Positions 1 to 10,137 of a stretch of DNA of 64,000 nucleotides are shown here, piece by piece. The notes below the pieces were generated by a model that saw nothing but the letters and a program-made list of their open reading frames with translations, did no database searches and had not been told where the DNA came from. The stretch comes from an uncultured Caldisericales bacterium (GTDB taxonomy: Bacteria > Caldisericota > Caldisericia > JAAYUI01). The DNA is taken from NCBI GenBank assembly GCA_964613055.1, contig CAZTGD010000001.1:6977-70976 (forward strand), in the 5' to 3' direction. The position numbers were made by a program, and so were the translations under genes. Within the stretch, counting starts at the first letter, position 1. Each line of letters starts with the position of its first letter.

Positions 1-106
1 TTGAGTCATGACCTTTTTATTATTTAACCAATCATTTCTTATATATCAATTGTAACTTTTATGGTTCAGGTTATCATCAGTATAGGGTTGTCAAAAGGAG
101 GCTGTA

Positions 107-1660
107 GTGGTGAGATGGCGAATAGTATTTCTTGTATCAGTCATAATATTTCTTGTAACAATGCTCTGTGGTGAAGTGGTAGCCATTTTGGGTCCCGTTC
201 ATGTGGAATTGAATACATTTGGTGAGATGGAGGGTCCAACTCGCGCAAATACTATTACGTCATTTAAGATATACTTACGTATTAATGAAGACCTGCACTT
301 CGGTGATTGGCTTAAAGTATGGTTTCCCGTCGAAGAAGCCTCAAAGAAGAGAAATGATATATGCTATCCGGTATTTGAAAGCGACAGTTCAACTACATCG
401 AGAGAGATAACTGAAGAAACGTTCTACAAGGTTTTGGACTCAGAAACAGGACTAACTGAATTTTATAATATTTCTGGATGTGATGACATGGACACAGGTG
501 GTGTCAATTCTTCGGGAAAAAATAACTATCTTTATGGCACCGTATTTCCGTCATTGCCAAGAGATGAGGAAGAAAGAAAAGAAAAACTGATGCGAATTGA
601 CCATAGTACAGCCTTAGGCTACAGCCCATGTGGTGATTGTGGTCAAGGATATCCCATAATAACACAAACATGTGAAGAACGCTCATACCAGTTTAATTGT
701 ACTTTCCATTTAGAAACCTGGAGACAAGGTTACAACCCAATTGATATAAACACGAGCTATTATACAGGAATCTTAGCTCCCGCAACACCAGGTAGATACA
801 AGATTCGTGTGGCAACCGAACCAGAACCGACGCCTGTTGAATCAGACGCGTTCTTTCTGCCATGCTCATCTATCACCAAACCTGAACTTCATCTGATAGA
901 GCATAGAAGTACCAAGTATTACGCTGTTAACTTCAGTACTGGTGAAGGCGGAGCATTGGACAGTAGGCACTCAACGATTAATATCAGTTTCCCCGATGGA
1001 TTTGAGTTTTGGAACGTGGATATAGCCAAACGTATTACTGTAAATGGAATTGCCTGCGAAGAGGTCGACCGGGCAGGTCATGATGGAGTCCAAGTATTGT
1101 CGATAAATTCGCCTATCAACGTTAATAATATGGGTATGGTCAGTGTTCTTTTGAAAAGATCTGTTTTTAAAAGAACACTAGAGGATCAGTTTTCCGTGAT
1201 GGTCAACACGAGTTCTGAACCAGAGACCGTTGAATCATTTACATTAAAGGAAGCTAGAAATGATTCATCACTGATCAGGAATATTGAACTCTCATCATAC
1301 AGGACTGGTGATATAGCTGATATCGCTTTCAACCTGGATTCAAGACATCTTCCTGTCCACAAATACACCGAGTTTCGGATAATACTGCCTGAGACTGCAA
1401 GACTCCCTACTGCATTGCAGAATGGGCAATTCCTGATCAATGGTTACCCGGTTGAGAGATTACATCGGTGGAGTGGTAACGAGATAAGTCTGTGGATGAA
1501 CACAAATCATCTGATTGACTATTACTCCTTGAGATCCATTTCTTTTCATCTCACCGAATCTGCGGGGATAGTCAATCCAACTCGAAGGGGATTGAAGAGG
1601 TTGAGTATGAAAGTGGGCGGAAGACGACCCATCAAATCAAAGTATTTCTATATACATTGA
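107..1660 (+). CDS. Hypothetical secreted/membrane-anchored protein, paralogue family A (GPVHVELN / WRQGYNPID / TPATPGRYKIRVATEPEPTPVESDAF motifs)
   Basis: GTG start at 107 with AGGAGG RBS 5 nt upstream. N-terminal hydrophobic segment (IVFLVSVIIFLVTMLCG). Clear paralogy along its length to the 8011..10137 product. No recognisable catalytic motif. Confidence 0.6.
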   Translation: MVRWRIVFLVSVIIFLVTMLCGEVVAILGPVHVELNTFGEMEGPTRANTITSFKIYLRINEDLHFGDWLKVWFPVEEASKKRNDICYPVFESDSSTTSREITEETFYKVLDSETGLTEFYNISGCDDMDTGGVNSSGKNNYLYGTVFPSLPRDEEERKEKLMRIDHSTALGYSPCGDCGQGYPIITQTCEERSYQFNCTFHLETWRQGYNPIDINTSYYTGILAPATPGRYKIRVATEPEPTPVESDAFFLPCSSITKPELHLIEHRSTKYYAVNFSTGEGGALDSRHSTINISFPDGFEFWNVDIAKRITVNGIACEEVDRAGHDGVQVLSINSPINVNNMGMVSVLLKRSVFKRTLEDQFSVMVNTSSEPETVESFTLKEARNDSSLIRNIELSSYRTGDIADIAFNLDSRHLPVHKYTEFRIILPETARLPTALQNGQFLINGYPVERLHRWSGNEISLWMNTNHLIDYYSLRSISFHLTESAGIVNPTRRGLKRLSMKVGGRRPIKSKYFYIH

Positions 1661-1670
1661 GTAGTGTATA

Positions 1671-4600
1671 CTAATTTATACATATGTTACGTTTGAGTGT
1701 ATACAAAGCCTTAAGTTCTGTCTCTGCTTCAACAACCCTCCAAATAAACTCCGCTACACCAATATTGTTCTCAATGAGTTTACTGTCAGTTGTTTTTCCT
1801 GTTAATTGCATCCTTTTGTGGTATAAACTCGCAAGATGCATGGCTGTTTTAGCTACAAGAACCATGTCTTCTTTACCTCTTTCGATAACATCTTCAAGCA
1901 GTTCAATGTACCTTGTAGTGTCGTGTTTGTTGTATTCTTTCCTGTGATCATAGCATGCACCTAAGTTATGTTTGATAAGTATTTTGTATCTGAGTGAGAG
2001 ATCATCACAAAAAATTCTGTTCAGGGTTAATTCAATATCATCTATTATTTTATCTGTTACACAGAAGCCCGGAGTGTTTAGTATATGGAATGCACCGGTC
2101 AATATCAGACCTGTATCCTTTATTTCACAAGCCAACTGCCAAGCCTTTTCAAGGTGCATCTTGCCTTCGTTATACAATCCAGCATGAATATGTGTTTTTC
2201 CAAGTGTTATCCCTGAGTAGATATTTGCAAATGCGTTATTGGAATTCTTGCTCATATTGTGAATTCTCTTTGATTCAAGTTCACTTGTCTGCAGATTGTG
2301 TCTTGAGATATTAACAAGTGCTTTGTAATAAGTCTGCATGACCGTGTTGATAAACGCATATGATGATAAACCCTCTCCGGTTCTCGTTTCAATATCTTCA
2401 TCAATAAGATCATTCCAGTTCCCGAGATGATAATCCACCTTCATGCTGTGTGTTTTTGTCGATCTACAGAGTTCTGGCAAATGCCTTGTTTGGATAAGAA
2501 GTGAAGTTAATGAATCTTTAGATTTCGAGACATTCATATCCATGAAATCTATGATGGCATAGATGAACCTATTGCAAAGCTGTTCTTTCAGATTACCTGT
2601 ATTCATAGCTGTCTTGTTTAGATGATCCGTTATAGTACGAGCTTTATCTCCTTTAAGCATTAACAAAAACAGTGAAACCTTAAGTTTACAACAAGATACA
2701 TGTAGAAAGCCTTTGCAGTTTTCGCTAAAGTGTAACGCTTTCTCTATGTGTTTTAGAGAAGATCTGTAGTCTAGGGAGTAATAATACTGCTTGGACAACT
2801 CGACTGCTATTAGTGTTTCCAATTCAAATAATGGCTTTCTCAGCTTATTTAGATCGTCAAGTAGCTGATTCATCCCTTTCAAACTGCTTTGTGTTGAACC
2901 ATAATTGATTCGAATAATGTTGATGATGTGAATTGATAAATACCTGTAGATTGAATCGCTAATGGTAAATTTATTTAGAAGGCTTTCCGCTTCAAAAGGC
3001 TTTCCATTCTTGACAATATAAAGAGAGTCAATAACATTCCTTATATAGCTGGAAAATGTGTAGTCCGCATTTGAAAACAATTGCTCAAATTCTTTGATGA
3101 TGTCTATTCTACCTTCGAGATTATGGATGATGGATTCACAAAGATAATAGATTAATACAGTTAAAGACTGTTCATGGAGTTGAGCTTGGTAGAGATAATA
3201 TGCCAGATGATTGTATTCTACTAAAGATAAGAGTTTTCGACTGATTAGTAACTTCGCAATTGACAGATAGAGGTTTGTTTGCTTTGCATTGCTGATTCTA
3301 GAAACTATTGTTGAACGAACGAGGCTGTTGTTAAAACGAAACAAAACATTGCCATGAAAGTTTTTTGATGTGATGAGTAATCTTTGTTGGAGCTCATCTA
3401 TATCGTTATTGATTTGATCTCTGCTAAGTTGGAAGCCTTCCAAGAGTTCGTTAAAGCTAAAGAAATCATTGAAAAGTGCGGCGAACTCGAGAATAATCTT
3501 AGCGCTTGTGGACAGGTTTTTCAGTGAAGTGTTGATGATATCAATATCACAGAGTGGTTTTTCATCGTCTATCGATGTTTTAATGTATTCAATATTTTTA
3601 CCGTTTTTCCTAAGAATTCCTTTAGAAACCTGCATTCTTAAGAACTCGAGAATGTATAGAGGGTTGCCCTTTGAATTGTGGATAACGTCGCTTATCAGTT
3701 GCTGTGGTATACTCTGGGTTCCAAGTGACTTACCAATAATTGTGGTTAGGTCTATCCCTTCAAGTGGTTCAATGGGTAAGTGCGTAATATCCTTTAAATA
3801 TTTATCCTTTAGATAAATATTATTCTCGTTGATTTGTGTCATTAATATAAATATATGTTTGTGTTTCTGAGCCAACTCTATGCAGAATTCAACGGAAAAC
3901 CAATCCAGCATGTGTATATCATCAAGAATAATTGCTACTTTTCTCTTGTTATCTGACAAGATCTGTTCGAACTGAATAGCCAGTCTTGAAGTGTCAATAA
4001 ATGTTGTTTCTCTTGAAAGATTGGTAAGATCAGTAATTGACTCGCGTGTATTCCCTTTGAAGTTTTCAGATCCGGATTCAATTCGCCATAGGTCAAATGA
4101 TAGCTGAACGAGACCAGAACCTTTGCTGGGTGTGGAAGCCGAGTTACCTCTTGCCCTAAGTACGGGATGCCTATATAGATGCAAGGAAGAAGCAAACTCA
4201 TCTGTTATTCGAGTCTTTCCGATCCCAAAGGGACCCGAGAGAAGTATAATTCTTTTATCGATATTTCTGGACCACGAATCCTTTATCGTATGTATTTCCC
4301 ATTGGCGATCTACAAGTTCAGGTATGTTGACAATAGTTGGATTGTTTGACCTAGTTTGTAACTCTGAATACCTGATATTTTTTAGAGTCTCAGTAACCTC
4401 CTCTATTGATTGAATCCTCTGTGAGGGGTTCTTCATCAACATGAGTGATATCAGATTATCCAGTTTTTGTGGGACTAGGGCTGAGTGTTTCAGCACAGAG
4501 TTTTGAATATTCTGAAGTATCATGGATATTAAAACTTCAGGGTTGCTGGAATTGATTGGGTATTCACCTGTTATTGTCTTATATATAGAAACGCCTAATG

Positions 4601-5183
4601 AGTAGATGTCTGAACGTGTGTCAATAGGGTTACCGAGGAGTATCTCTGGTGCTAGGTAGTGAAGGGTACCAACAACCGATCCCTTCGATGTAATCCTTCC
4701 ATCAGCACAAAACCTAGCCAAACCAAAATCGATTAGTTTTGAATGCAGACCTTGTCTGTCTACACTTGGTAAAACAATTATATTAGAGGGTTTAATATCC
4801 CTGTGGACTATCCCTTTTGAGTGGAGATATGCAACTGTTTCAGTAATATCAATGAAGATATCGAAAAGCTTGCTGATTGACAGTCTCTCACATTCGGAGA
4901 GCAAAGTTCCTGGCACATACTCCATAACATAGAAAAGATCGTTATTATCTGTGCCGCTGTCATAGATATTCACAATCCCTGGGTGGTTAAGTGATTGCAG
5001 AAGCGAAGCTTCAGCTCGGAATCTGTTGACATTAATAATATTACCTTCGTTGCTTGCGGAGATCATCTTCACAACAATTGGTTTTTCCAATTGAAGATCC
5101 TCTCCAAAGAAAACCGAGGACATACCTGCCCCGCTAAGATTCCCTACCAGCTTGTATCGTCCGAAAAGGATTCTTTCAGACAT
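1671..5183 (-). CDS. Ser/Thr protein kinase fused to P-loop AAA/NB-ARC-like ATPase and long helical/TPR-like C-terminus (STAND-like signalling protein)
   Basis: Kinase subdomain motifs HRDIKPSNI, DFGLARF and GTLHYLAPE. Downstream Walker A LLSGPFGIGKTRI. About 700 aa of Leu-rich helical repeats follow. Confidence 0.8.
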   Translation of the reverse strand: MSERILFGRYKLVGNLSGAGMSSVFFGEDLQLEKPIVVKMISASNEGNIINVNRFRAEASLLQSLNHPGIVNIYDSGTDNNDLFYVMEYVPGTLLSECERLSISKLFDIFIDITETVAYLHSKGIVHRDIKPSNIIVLPSVDRQGLHSKLIDFGLARFCADGRITSKGSVVGTLHYLAPEILLGNPIDTRSDIYSLGVSIYKTITGEYPINSSNPEVLISMILQNIQNSVLKHSALVPQKLDNLISLMLMKNPSQRIQSIEEVTETLKNIRYSELQTRSNNPTIVNIPELVDRQWEIHTIKDSWSRNIDKRIILLSGPFGIGKTRITDEFASSLHLYRHPVLRARGNSASTPSKGSGLVQLSFDLWRIESGSENFKGNTRESITDLTNLSRETTFIDTSRLAIQFEQILSDNKRKVAIILDDIHMLDWFSVEFCIELAQKHKHIFILMTQINENNIYLKDKYLKDITHLPIEPLEGIDLTTIIGKSLGTQSIPQQLISDVIHNSKGNPLYILEFLRMQVSKGILRKNGKNIEYIKTSIDDEKPLCDIDIINTSLKNLSTSAKIILEFAALFNDFFSFNELLEGFQLSRDQINNDIDELQQRLLITSKNFHGNVLFRFNNSLVRSTIVSRISNAKQTNLYLSIAKLLISRKLLSLVEYNHLAYYLYQAQLHEQSLTVLIYYLCESIIHNLEGRIDIIKEFEQLFSNADYTFSSYIRNVIDSLYIVKNGKPFEAESLLNKFTISDSIYRYLSIHIINIIRINYGSTQSSLKGMNQLLDDLNKLRKPLFELETLIAVELSKQYYYSLDYRSSLKHIEKALHFSENCKGFLHVSCCKLKVSLFLLMLKGDKARTITDHLNKTAMNTGNLKEQLCNRFIYAIIDFMDMNVSKSKDSLTSLLIQTRHLPELCRSTKTHSMKVDYHLGNWNDLIDEDIETRTGEGLSSYAFINTVMQTYYKALVNISRHNLQTSELESKRIHNMSKNSNNAFANIYSGITLGKTHIHAGLYNEGKMHLEKAWQLACEIKDTGLILTGAFHILNTPGFCVTDKIIDDIELTLNRIFCDDLSLRYKILIKHNLGACYDHRKEYNKHDTTRYIELLEDVIERGKEDMVLVAKTAMHLASLYHKRMQLTGKTTDSKLIENNIGVAEFIWRVVEAETELKALYTLKRNICIN

Positions 5184-5221
5184 CGATTATATTCTATGGT
5201 TTATTCGATGAATATCAAATC

Positions 5222-5251
5222 TTGACATTACAGATAAATGGATTATCATGG
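5222..5251 (+). promoter_or_regulatory. Candidate sigma-70 promoter for the rpsF operon (TTGACA -16/17- TATCAT)
   Basis: TTGACA at 5222-5227 and TATCAT about 16 nt downstream, roughly 90 nt upstream of the rpsF ATG. Confidence 0.3.
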
Positions 5252-5340
5252 CAGGAATTGTGAGGGATCGTACCTTCTGGTCGAACTCAAGCGAATTCGA
5301 CCCTGTCCCAAATGGGAACAAATGACCGAAGGAGGAGTTA

Positions 5341-5829
5341 ATGAAGAAGTATGAGCAGATGTTCATCCTTGCCACTGATACCGAAGGTGACAAGGAAAAT
5401 GAGCTTGTAGAAAAACTCAAATCTGTGATTCTCGAAGATGGTGGTGAGATCATCGAGTCCACCAGGTGGGGAAAGAGAAAATTGGCTTATGAGATTAGGA
5501 ACCATAATGATGGTATATATTGGTATCATGTCTTTAATGCACCCCCAGAAGTACCCGCAAAACTAAGGCGTATTGTCAGGATCACCGAAGGTTTCATAAG
5601 GGATATCCTGATCGATCTTACATACGCCCAGAAAGCGGAAGAGAGAAGAAAGAATTATCTTAAGGAATCCGAGAAAAGGAAAGCCACTGTCAAACAGGAA
5701 TTGAAGGAGAACAGTGATCGTCAAGAGAATGATTTCAAGGATTTTGATGAGTCGTCAGATGTAAAAGCTAAAGCTGAGAATGATTCCGCTTCGGAACATG
5801 AGGAGGAACAGCCAAAAGATGCTGAATAA
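5341..5829 (+). CDS. rpsF: 30S ribosomal protein S6 with acidic C-terminal tail
   Basis: N-terminal MKKYEQMFIL...RWGKRKLAYEI is a typical S6 sequence. GGAGG RBS upstream. Conserved rpsF-ssb-rpsR-rplI order. Confidence 0.9.
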   Translation: MKKYEQMFILATDTEGDKENELVEKLKSVILEDGGEIIESTRWGKRKLAYEIRNHNDGIYWYHVFNAPPEVPAKLRRIVRITEGFIRDILIDLTYAQKAEERRKNYLKESEKRKATVKQELKENSDRQENDFKDFDESSDVKAKAENDSASEHEEEQPKDAE

Positions 5830-6244
5830 AGTTCTGTTGATTGGAAACCTTGTGGATGATCCAGAGCTTCGATCCACTCCGTCTGGTACCAACATAGCCA
5901 GGATGAGACTCGCTTGCAATGAGAGATACAAATCTAAAGTTACAGGCGAGTTGAAGGAAGACACCCTGTTTGTAACCCTTGATGTTTGGGGTAAACAAGC
6001 CAATACAGCCCAGCAGTATCTTCACAAAGGTAGTAGAATCTTTGTAGAGGGTAAACTGAGGATCAGAAGCTATGATCAAGATGGAATAAGGAAGTGGTTC
6101 ACATCAGTTACGGTATCACGTTTTATCTTCCTCGATAGAAAACAGGGAGGCGATGGCGAAGCAGGTACAGGTTCTAGTGATTCACAACGCACAGGGGAGA
6201 ACGATCCACCAGAATTTGATGAAGACGACATCCCCTTCTCATAG
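5819..6244 (+). CDS. ssb: Single-stranded DNA-binding protein
   Basis: MLNKVLLIGNLVDDPELR...OB-fold sequence with acidic tail ending DDIPF. The table ORF begins at 5780, but ATG 5819 matches canonical SSB N-termini and overlaps the rpsF stop. Confidence 0.85.
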   Translation: MLNKVLLIGNLVDDPELRSTPSGTNIARMRLACNERYKSKVTGELKEDTLFVTLDVWGKQANTAQQYLHKGSRIFVEGKLRIRSYDQDGIRKWFTSVTVSRFIFLDRKQGGDGEAGTGSSDSQRTGENDPPEFDEDDIPFS

Positions 6245-6264
6245 GATAAAAGGAGTATACAACA

Positions 6265-6525
6265 ATGAAGAATAACGATATGGGCTCGAGAAAAAGAGGA
6301 CGAGGAAGGTTCAGGAAACCAAGAAAGAAGATATGCGTGTTCTGCGCGGAACACATGGATTATATTGATTACAAAGACATCAACAGACTTAAAAGATATG
6401 TTTCAGAAACGGGAAGGATTAACTCCAGGCGACAAACTGGAGCTTGCGCAAAGCATCAGAGACGACTGACCACCGCAATCAAAAGAGCGCGTGAGATAGC
6501 CTTATTACCATTTGTGGTGGATTAG
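6265..6525 (+). CDS. rpsR: 30S ribosomal protein S18
   Basis: [15 protein letters not shown]...[29 protein letters not shown] is a typical S18 sequence. AAGGAG RBS. Confidence 0.9.
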   Translation: MKNNDMGSRKRGRGRFRKPRKKICVFCAEHMDYIDYKDINRLKRYVSETGRINSRRQTGACAKHQRRLTTAIKRAREIALLPFVVD

Positions 6526-6534
6526 GAGATACGT

Positions 6535-6993
6535 ATGAAACTGGAAGTAATACTACTTAGAGATGTCCCGAGCCTAGGTTCAAAGGGAGCTGTTGTAAGG
6601 GTTTCCAAAGGCTACGCCAGAAACTACTTGATCAAGAACGACATTGCTCAACTGGCAACAAAACATACCTTAGAGAATCTTGAGCACAACCTCGAGGTTT
6701 CCGACAGACGCTCAAGTAAAGCTAAAGTCAAAGCTGAAGAGATGAAGGAGATGCTTGAAGCGGAAACCATACAGATACATGCAAAGGCAGGACCTACAGG
6801 CACTTTGTTTGGCGCTGTAACCAGAGATGCTGTGGCAAAAGCACTGAAGCGAAAACTCAACATTGTCGTGGGCAAACGCTCTATGACAGTGGATGAGCCA
6901 ATCAAGAGTCTTGGTGTCCACACCGTTCACATTGACCTCCATCATGAGGTGAAGGCTAATTTGAATGTAGAGGTTGTTTCTGTAGCCAATTAA
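6535..6993 (+). CDS. rplI: 50S ribosomal protein L9
   Basis: MKLEVILLRDVPSLGSKGAVVRVSKGYARNYL is the L9 N-domain signature. Confidence 0.9.
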   Translation: MKLEVILLRDVPSLGSKGAVVRVSKGYARNYLIKNDIAQLATKHTLENLEHNLEVSDRRSSKAKVKAEEMKEMLEAETIQIHAKAGPTGTLFGAVTRDAVAKALKRKLNIVVGKRSMTVDEPIKSLGVHTVHIDLHHEVKANLNVEVVSVAN

Positions 6994-7021
6994 TCTAATC
7001 CGAAAACCAATTATCAATTGA

Positions 7022-7067
7022 ATCCAAACAACCGGGGAAGGCATTAATCGTCCCCGGTTGTTTGGAT
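7022..7067 (+). terminator. Perfect 17-bp stem hairpin after rplI (ATCCAAACAACCGGGGA ... TCCCCGGTTGTTTGGAT)
   Basis: Inverted repeat with a 12-nt loop 29 nt after the rplI stop, followed by TTTA. The T-tract is weak, so rho-independent function is uncertain. Confidence 0.45.
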
Positions 7068-7201
7068 TTATACTTTCGTTTCAAATTTTCAGATAGCTTG
7101 ATTTATCGAGATTCCAAAATTTTTACATTATCCTAATTGTCCTAAATGCATCAGATTATTAATCCAGATAATCTAGATATTGATTGTGTGAAACTCATTG
7201 A

Positions 7202-7933
7202 CTAATCATTGAAATTCAAACACGTCTTACGAATAATTTCTGAAACAAGCTCTATTCGTTCATTGAATATCGAGATGACCTCTTCATGCTTCAATTTCTT
7301 TTTTGCAACACCCGCCGCATGATTGGTAATGACTGCAAGAGCGCAGAAGGGTATCTCCAACTCAGCAGACAGAATGGCTTCAGTTGCAATGGTCATACCT
7401 ACAATTGTTGCCCCCATGGTTGAGTATGCCTTGATTTCTGCGGGAGTCTCATACCTTGGGCCATTTGTGCATATATAAACAGCGGATGGATGAAACAACA
7501 CATTTTCATCAACCAATGCTTTTTGCAAATGACTTCGGAGTTGAGAAGAGAATGGTTCGGATACATCAATGTGCCTCACCTTACCTGCTTCATCAAAGAA
7601 CGTGTTTTTCCGTCCATGAGTGAGGTCGATAAACTGATCGGGGATTGCAAGATCGCCAGGAGACATGTCTGGCTTGATTCCCCCAACAGCGCACGTTGCA
7701 TAGATGCCTGTCACACCAATCTGCTCTAATACTTTTATGTTTGCACGATAGTTGATTGCAGATGGTGGTAGTCTGTGTCCCGAACCATGTCGAGTTAGGA
7801 AGACAACCTCAAAACCCTCGAGATAGCCGATTTTGATGGTTGCTTTACCATAGTCTGTTTCTATCTCTTCGTCTCTGGAATCCTCAAGCCACGGCAAGTT
7901 ATACACCCCTGAACCACCAATTATTGCAATCAT
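7202..7933 (-). CDS. mtnP: S-methyl-5'-thioadenosine phosphorylase / purine nucleoside phosphorylase (PNP/MTAP family 2)
   Basis: MIAIIGGSG...TRHGSGHRLPPSAINYRANI...ICTNGPRYETPAEIKAY...ITNHAAG are typical MTAP/PNP motifs. Confidence 0.75.
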   Translation of the reverse strand: MIAIIGGSGVYNLPWLEDSRDEEIETDYGKATIKIGYLEGFEVVFLTRHGSGHRLPPSAINYRANIKVLEQIGVTGIYATCAVGGIKPDMSPGDLAIPDQFIDLTHGRKNTFFDEAGKVRHIDVSEPFSSQLRSHLQKALVDENVLFHPSAVYICTNGPRYETPAEIKAYSTMGATIVGMTIATEAILSAELEIPFCALAVITNHAAGVAKKKLKHEEVISIFNERIELVSEIIRKTCLNFND

Positions 7934-8010
7934 ATCTTCCCTCTGTGTCCTTTGATAGCTAGAGAATACTAGAAAAAATAGAGGTTATCAAGAACTGACA
8001 AGGATATTGT

Positions 8011-10137
8011 TCAACGACCATTGGGCTTCATGTGGTAAACATAGGTGATCCAATCACTCCATTCTCTGTAACGGTAGTTCAGATTGTGATGTGAATCAAA
8101 ATCACCGGGTGTCTTTCCAACCGACAGATTGTATTCACTGTTCGAATAATCATGCTGAAAGAGGAATACTGAACCGGGGCTGTTTGTGTAACCAACAACT
8201 TCATTTGGTAGCATCTTTGTAAACTCAACAGGATAGATCTCACCGAAGCGGTGGAAAACCTTTGTGTAATCACTGCTGAATCCAACCGATGGAATAAAGA
8301 GGAAATAAACATCGTGTTCATGTCGGATCTTCTTGCACTTTATGCTTGCGCACTGATCACCACCAACAATACCCATCATATAGTTGATCCCACTTCTGGC
8401 TGTAGCGCAGTGGATAGAGCATTCTCTCCAGCTTTTTATCATGACATCACAATACGGGAAGATGGTTTCAAAACCCGGATACGGTATCGTCAGCTGAGGA
8501 TTGAATGGATCGAAAGCGCTGAATCCAGGTTCGTAATGACAGCAGTCGGGACCAAGAAACGCAGTAGGTGATTCTTCATCTGTGGTATAATAGGTTAACA
8601 GGTACTCGGATTCATAAAAAATGGGTATGGGCAGTACCAAGTTCATGAGTTCATAGCGAACCTCTGGTCTCCTGCCCCACACAACAAATTCAAGGTCTTC
8701 AATCAGTTCATTGTATTTTGTAGTTTCCTCATCACTGGCGTTCTCATGATCAAAAGCACCATCATCTGATGGTAGTTCCTTATGTTCAAGTATTTGTTCT
8801 CTTACATGTTCAGGTGTTCTATTCCACAGATACCTTCCAGGTGTGCCAATGAATGATTGACAGCTTACACTCTCGGGTTCTGAGCTTGTGGTCGCTGAGA
8901 ATGTAATCATCTTTGACTCTTCAGGCTTTGGTATGCCTGCCTTTGAATCGATAGTGATATTTACGTGTTCCATGTTGTCAATATTCACAGGCGATACGAT
9001 GCTCAGTGTGTTGGTGTCTTTGAGATACTTTGCATGAACCTTCAGTGGTTTCCCGTTGACATGGATATCTGATGGTCCATATCTTTTGGGTAGTTCAAAC
9101 TTATTGGGGAATTTTATGTTGATGGTTGAGTATCCAGCATCCAGTGAGCCACCTTCACCGACATAGAAATCAATGGTAACGGAGATGTTATCATCCGAGT
9201 CATTTGATTCACAGGAAACCCTGAAACCTGATATCTGTGAACATGGTAGAACAAACGCGTCTGATTCAACGGGTGTTGGTTCAGGTTCAGTGGCAACACG
9301 GATCTTGTATCTGCCGGGTGTGGCGGGAGTTATAAAGCCTACACTTTGAGAAACAACCAGGTCTATTGGATTATACCCCTGTCTCCATGATTCTACATGT
9401 ACTGGTGAACGTAGCTGGAATAAACATCTTTTTTCATCCTGTATCATGATTGGATACGCCATACATTCAGAGCAAGGGTTGTAACCTGGTGAACAAGCAT
9501 GAACATATTTCATAGTTATTACCTTCCTATCCGATCTGTCCCTTGGCAATGCTGGTAACACCGTTCCCATTATCCAGCAACCCAACCCAGATGGGTCTTC
9601 AACGAGTCTACAATAACCCTCTTCTACTTCATCACAGTCAATGCAGTCATAGAATTTTGTATCAACATCACGTTCATCCAACACCTCATAAAGCTTCCCA
9701 ACCCTCTCCTCCTCTGGATTGTCATACTTCTCGAAGTACTTCTCATTGGGAACAAACCTGGGACTCTCATCATGTCCCTTTATCACAAACTCCTCACCAC
9801 ACACATCCTCCCAGTCATCAGAAGCCTCTTGTGTGGGAAACCACACCTTAACCCAATCATGTGTATGAATACCTTCACTGATACGCATGAATATCTTAAA
9901 AGCCGTTGGAGTGTTTGCCCTAGCATGACCCAACCTCTCCCCCGTGATATTCAACTCCACATGCACAGGACCCAACACAGCCTGAGTACTCCCCAACCGA
10001 AACACAAAAAACATGATAACAGCCAACAGAAATGATACAGCCACCCTATACGCATATAAGCTATATCTACACTTATTCTCATACTTATGATTACCCTTAT
10101 ATCTGTACAACACACTCACCCCCTTCCATCTTTTCAT
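8011..10137 (-). CDS. Hypothetical secreted/membrane-anchored protein, paralogue family A (longer member, aromatic/Cys-rich C-terminal extension)
   Basis: Shares the GPVHVELN, HxxDWVKVWFP, WRQGYNPID and TPATPGRYKIRVATEPEPTPVESDAF blocks with 107..1660. The ORF-table start is 10245. ATG at 10137 (MKRWKG...) places a TM helix (VAVSFLLAVIMFFVF) just before the conserved domain, so the start is uncertain. Confidence 0.55.
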   Translation of the reverse strand: MKRWKGVSVLYRYKGNHKYENKCRYSLYAYRVAVSFLLAVIMFFVFRLGSTQAVLGPVHVELNITGERLGHARANTPTAFKIFMRISEGIHTHDWVKVWFPTQEASDDWEDVCGEEFVIKGHDESPRFVPNEKYFEKYDNPEEERVGKLYEVLDERDVDTKFYDCIDCDEVEEGYCRLVEDPSGLGCWIMGTVLPALPRDRSDRKVITMKYVHACSPGYNPCSECMAYPIMIQDEKRCLFQLRSPVHVESWRQGYNPIDLVVSQSVGFITPATPGRYKIRVATEPEPTPVESDAFVLPCSQISGFRVSCESNDSDDNISVTIDFYVGEGGSLDAGYSTINIKFPNKFELPKRYGPSDIHVNGKPLKVHAKYLKDTNTLSIVSPVNIDNMEHVNITIDSKAGIPKPEESKMITFSATTSSEPESVSCQSFIGTPGRYLWNRTPEHVREQILEHKELPSDDGAFDHENASDEETTKYNELIEDLEFVVWGRRPEVRYELMNLVLPIPIFYESEYLLTYYTTDEESPTAFLGPDCCHYEPGFSAFDPFNPQLTIPYPGFETIFPYCDVMIKSWRECSIHCATARSGINYMMGIVGGDQCASIKCKKIRHEHDVYFLFIPSVGFSSDYTKVFHRFGEIYPVEFTKMLPNEVVGYTNSPGSVFLFQHDYSNSEYNLSVGKTPGDFDSHHNLNYRYREWSDWITYVYHMKPNGR

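Noticed and set aside
219-410. 63-aa alternative-frame ORF inside ORF 107..1660
   Set aside because: Nested in another frame of a longer conserved ORF. No RBS.
5780-5818. N-terminal extension of ssb (MIPLRNMRRNSQK...) from the ORF table
   Set aside because: The extension overlaps the rpsF 3' end and is not SSB-like. ATG 5819 gives the canonical SSB N-terminus.
7070-7201. AT-rich intergenic region with small palindromes (ATCTAGAT) between rplI and mtnP
   Set aside because: No convincing promoter, terminator or ORF beyond the strong hairpin already listed. Probably ordinary convergent-gene spacer.
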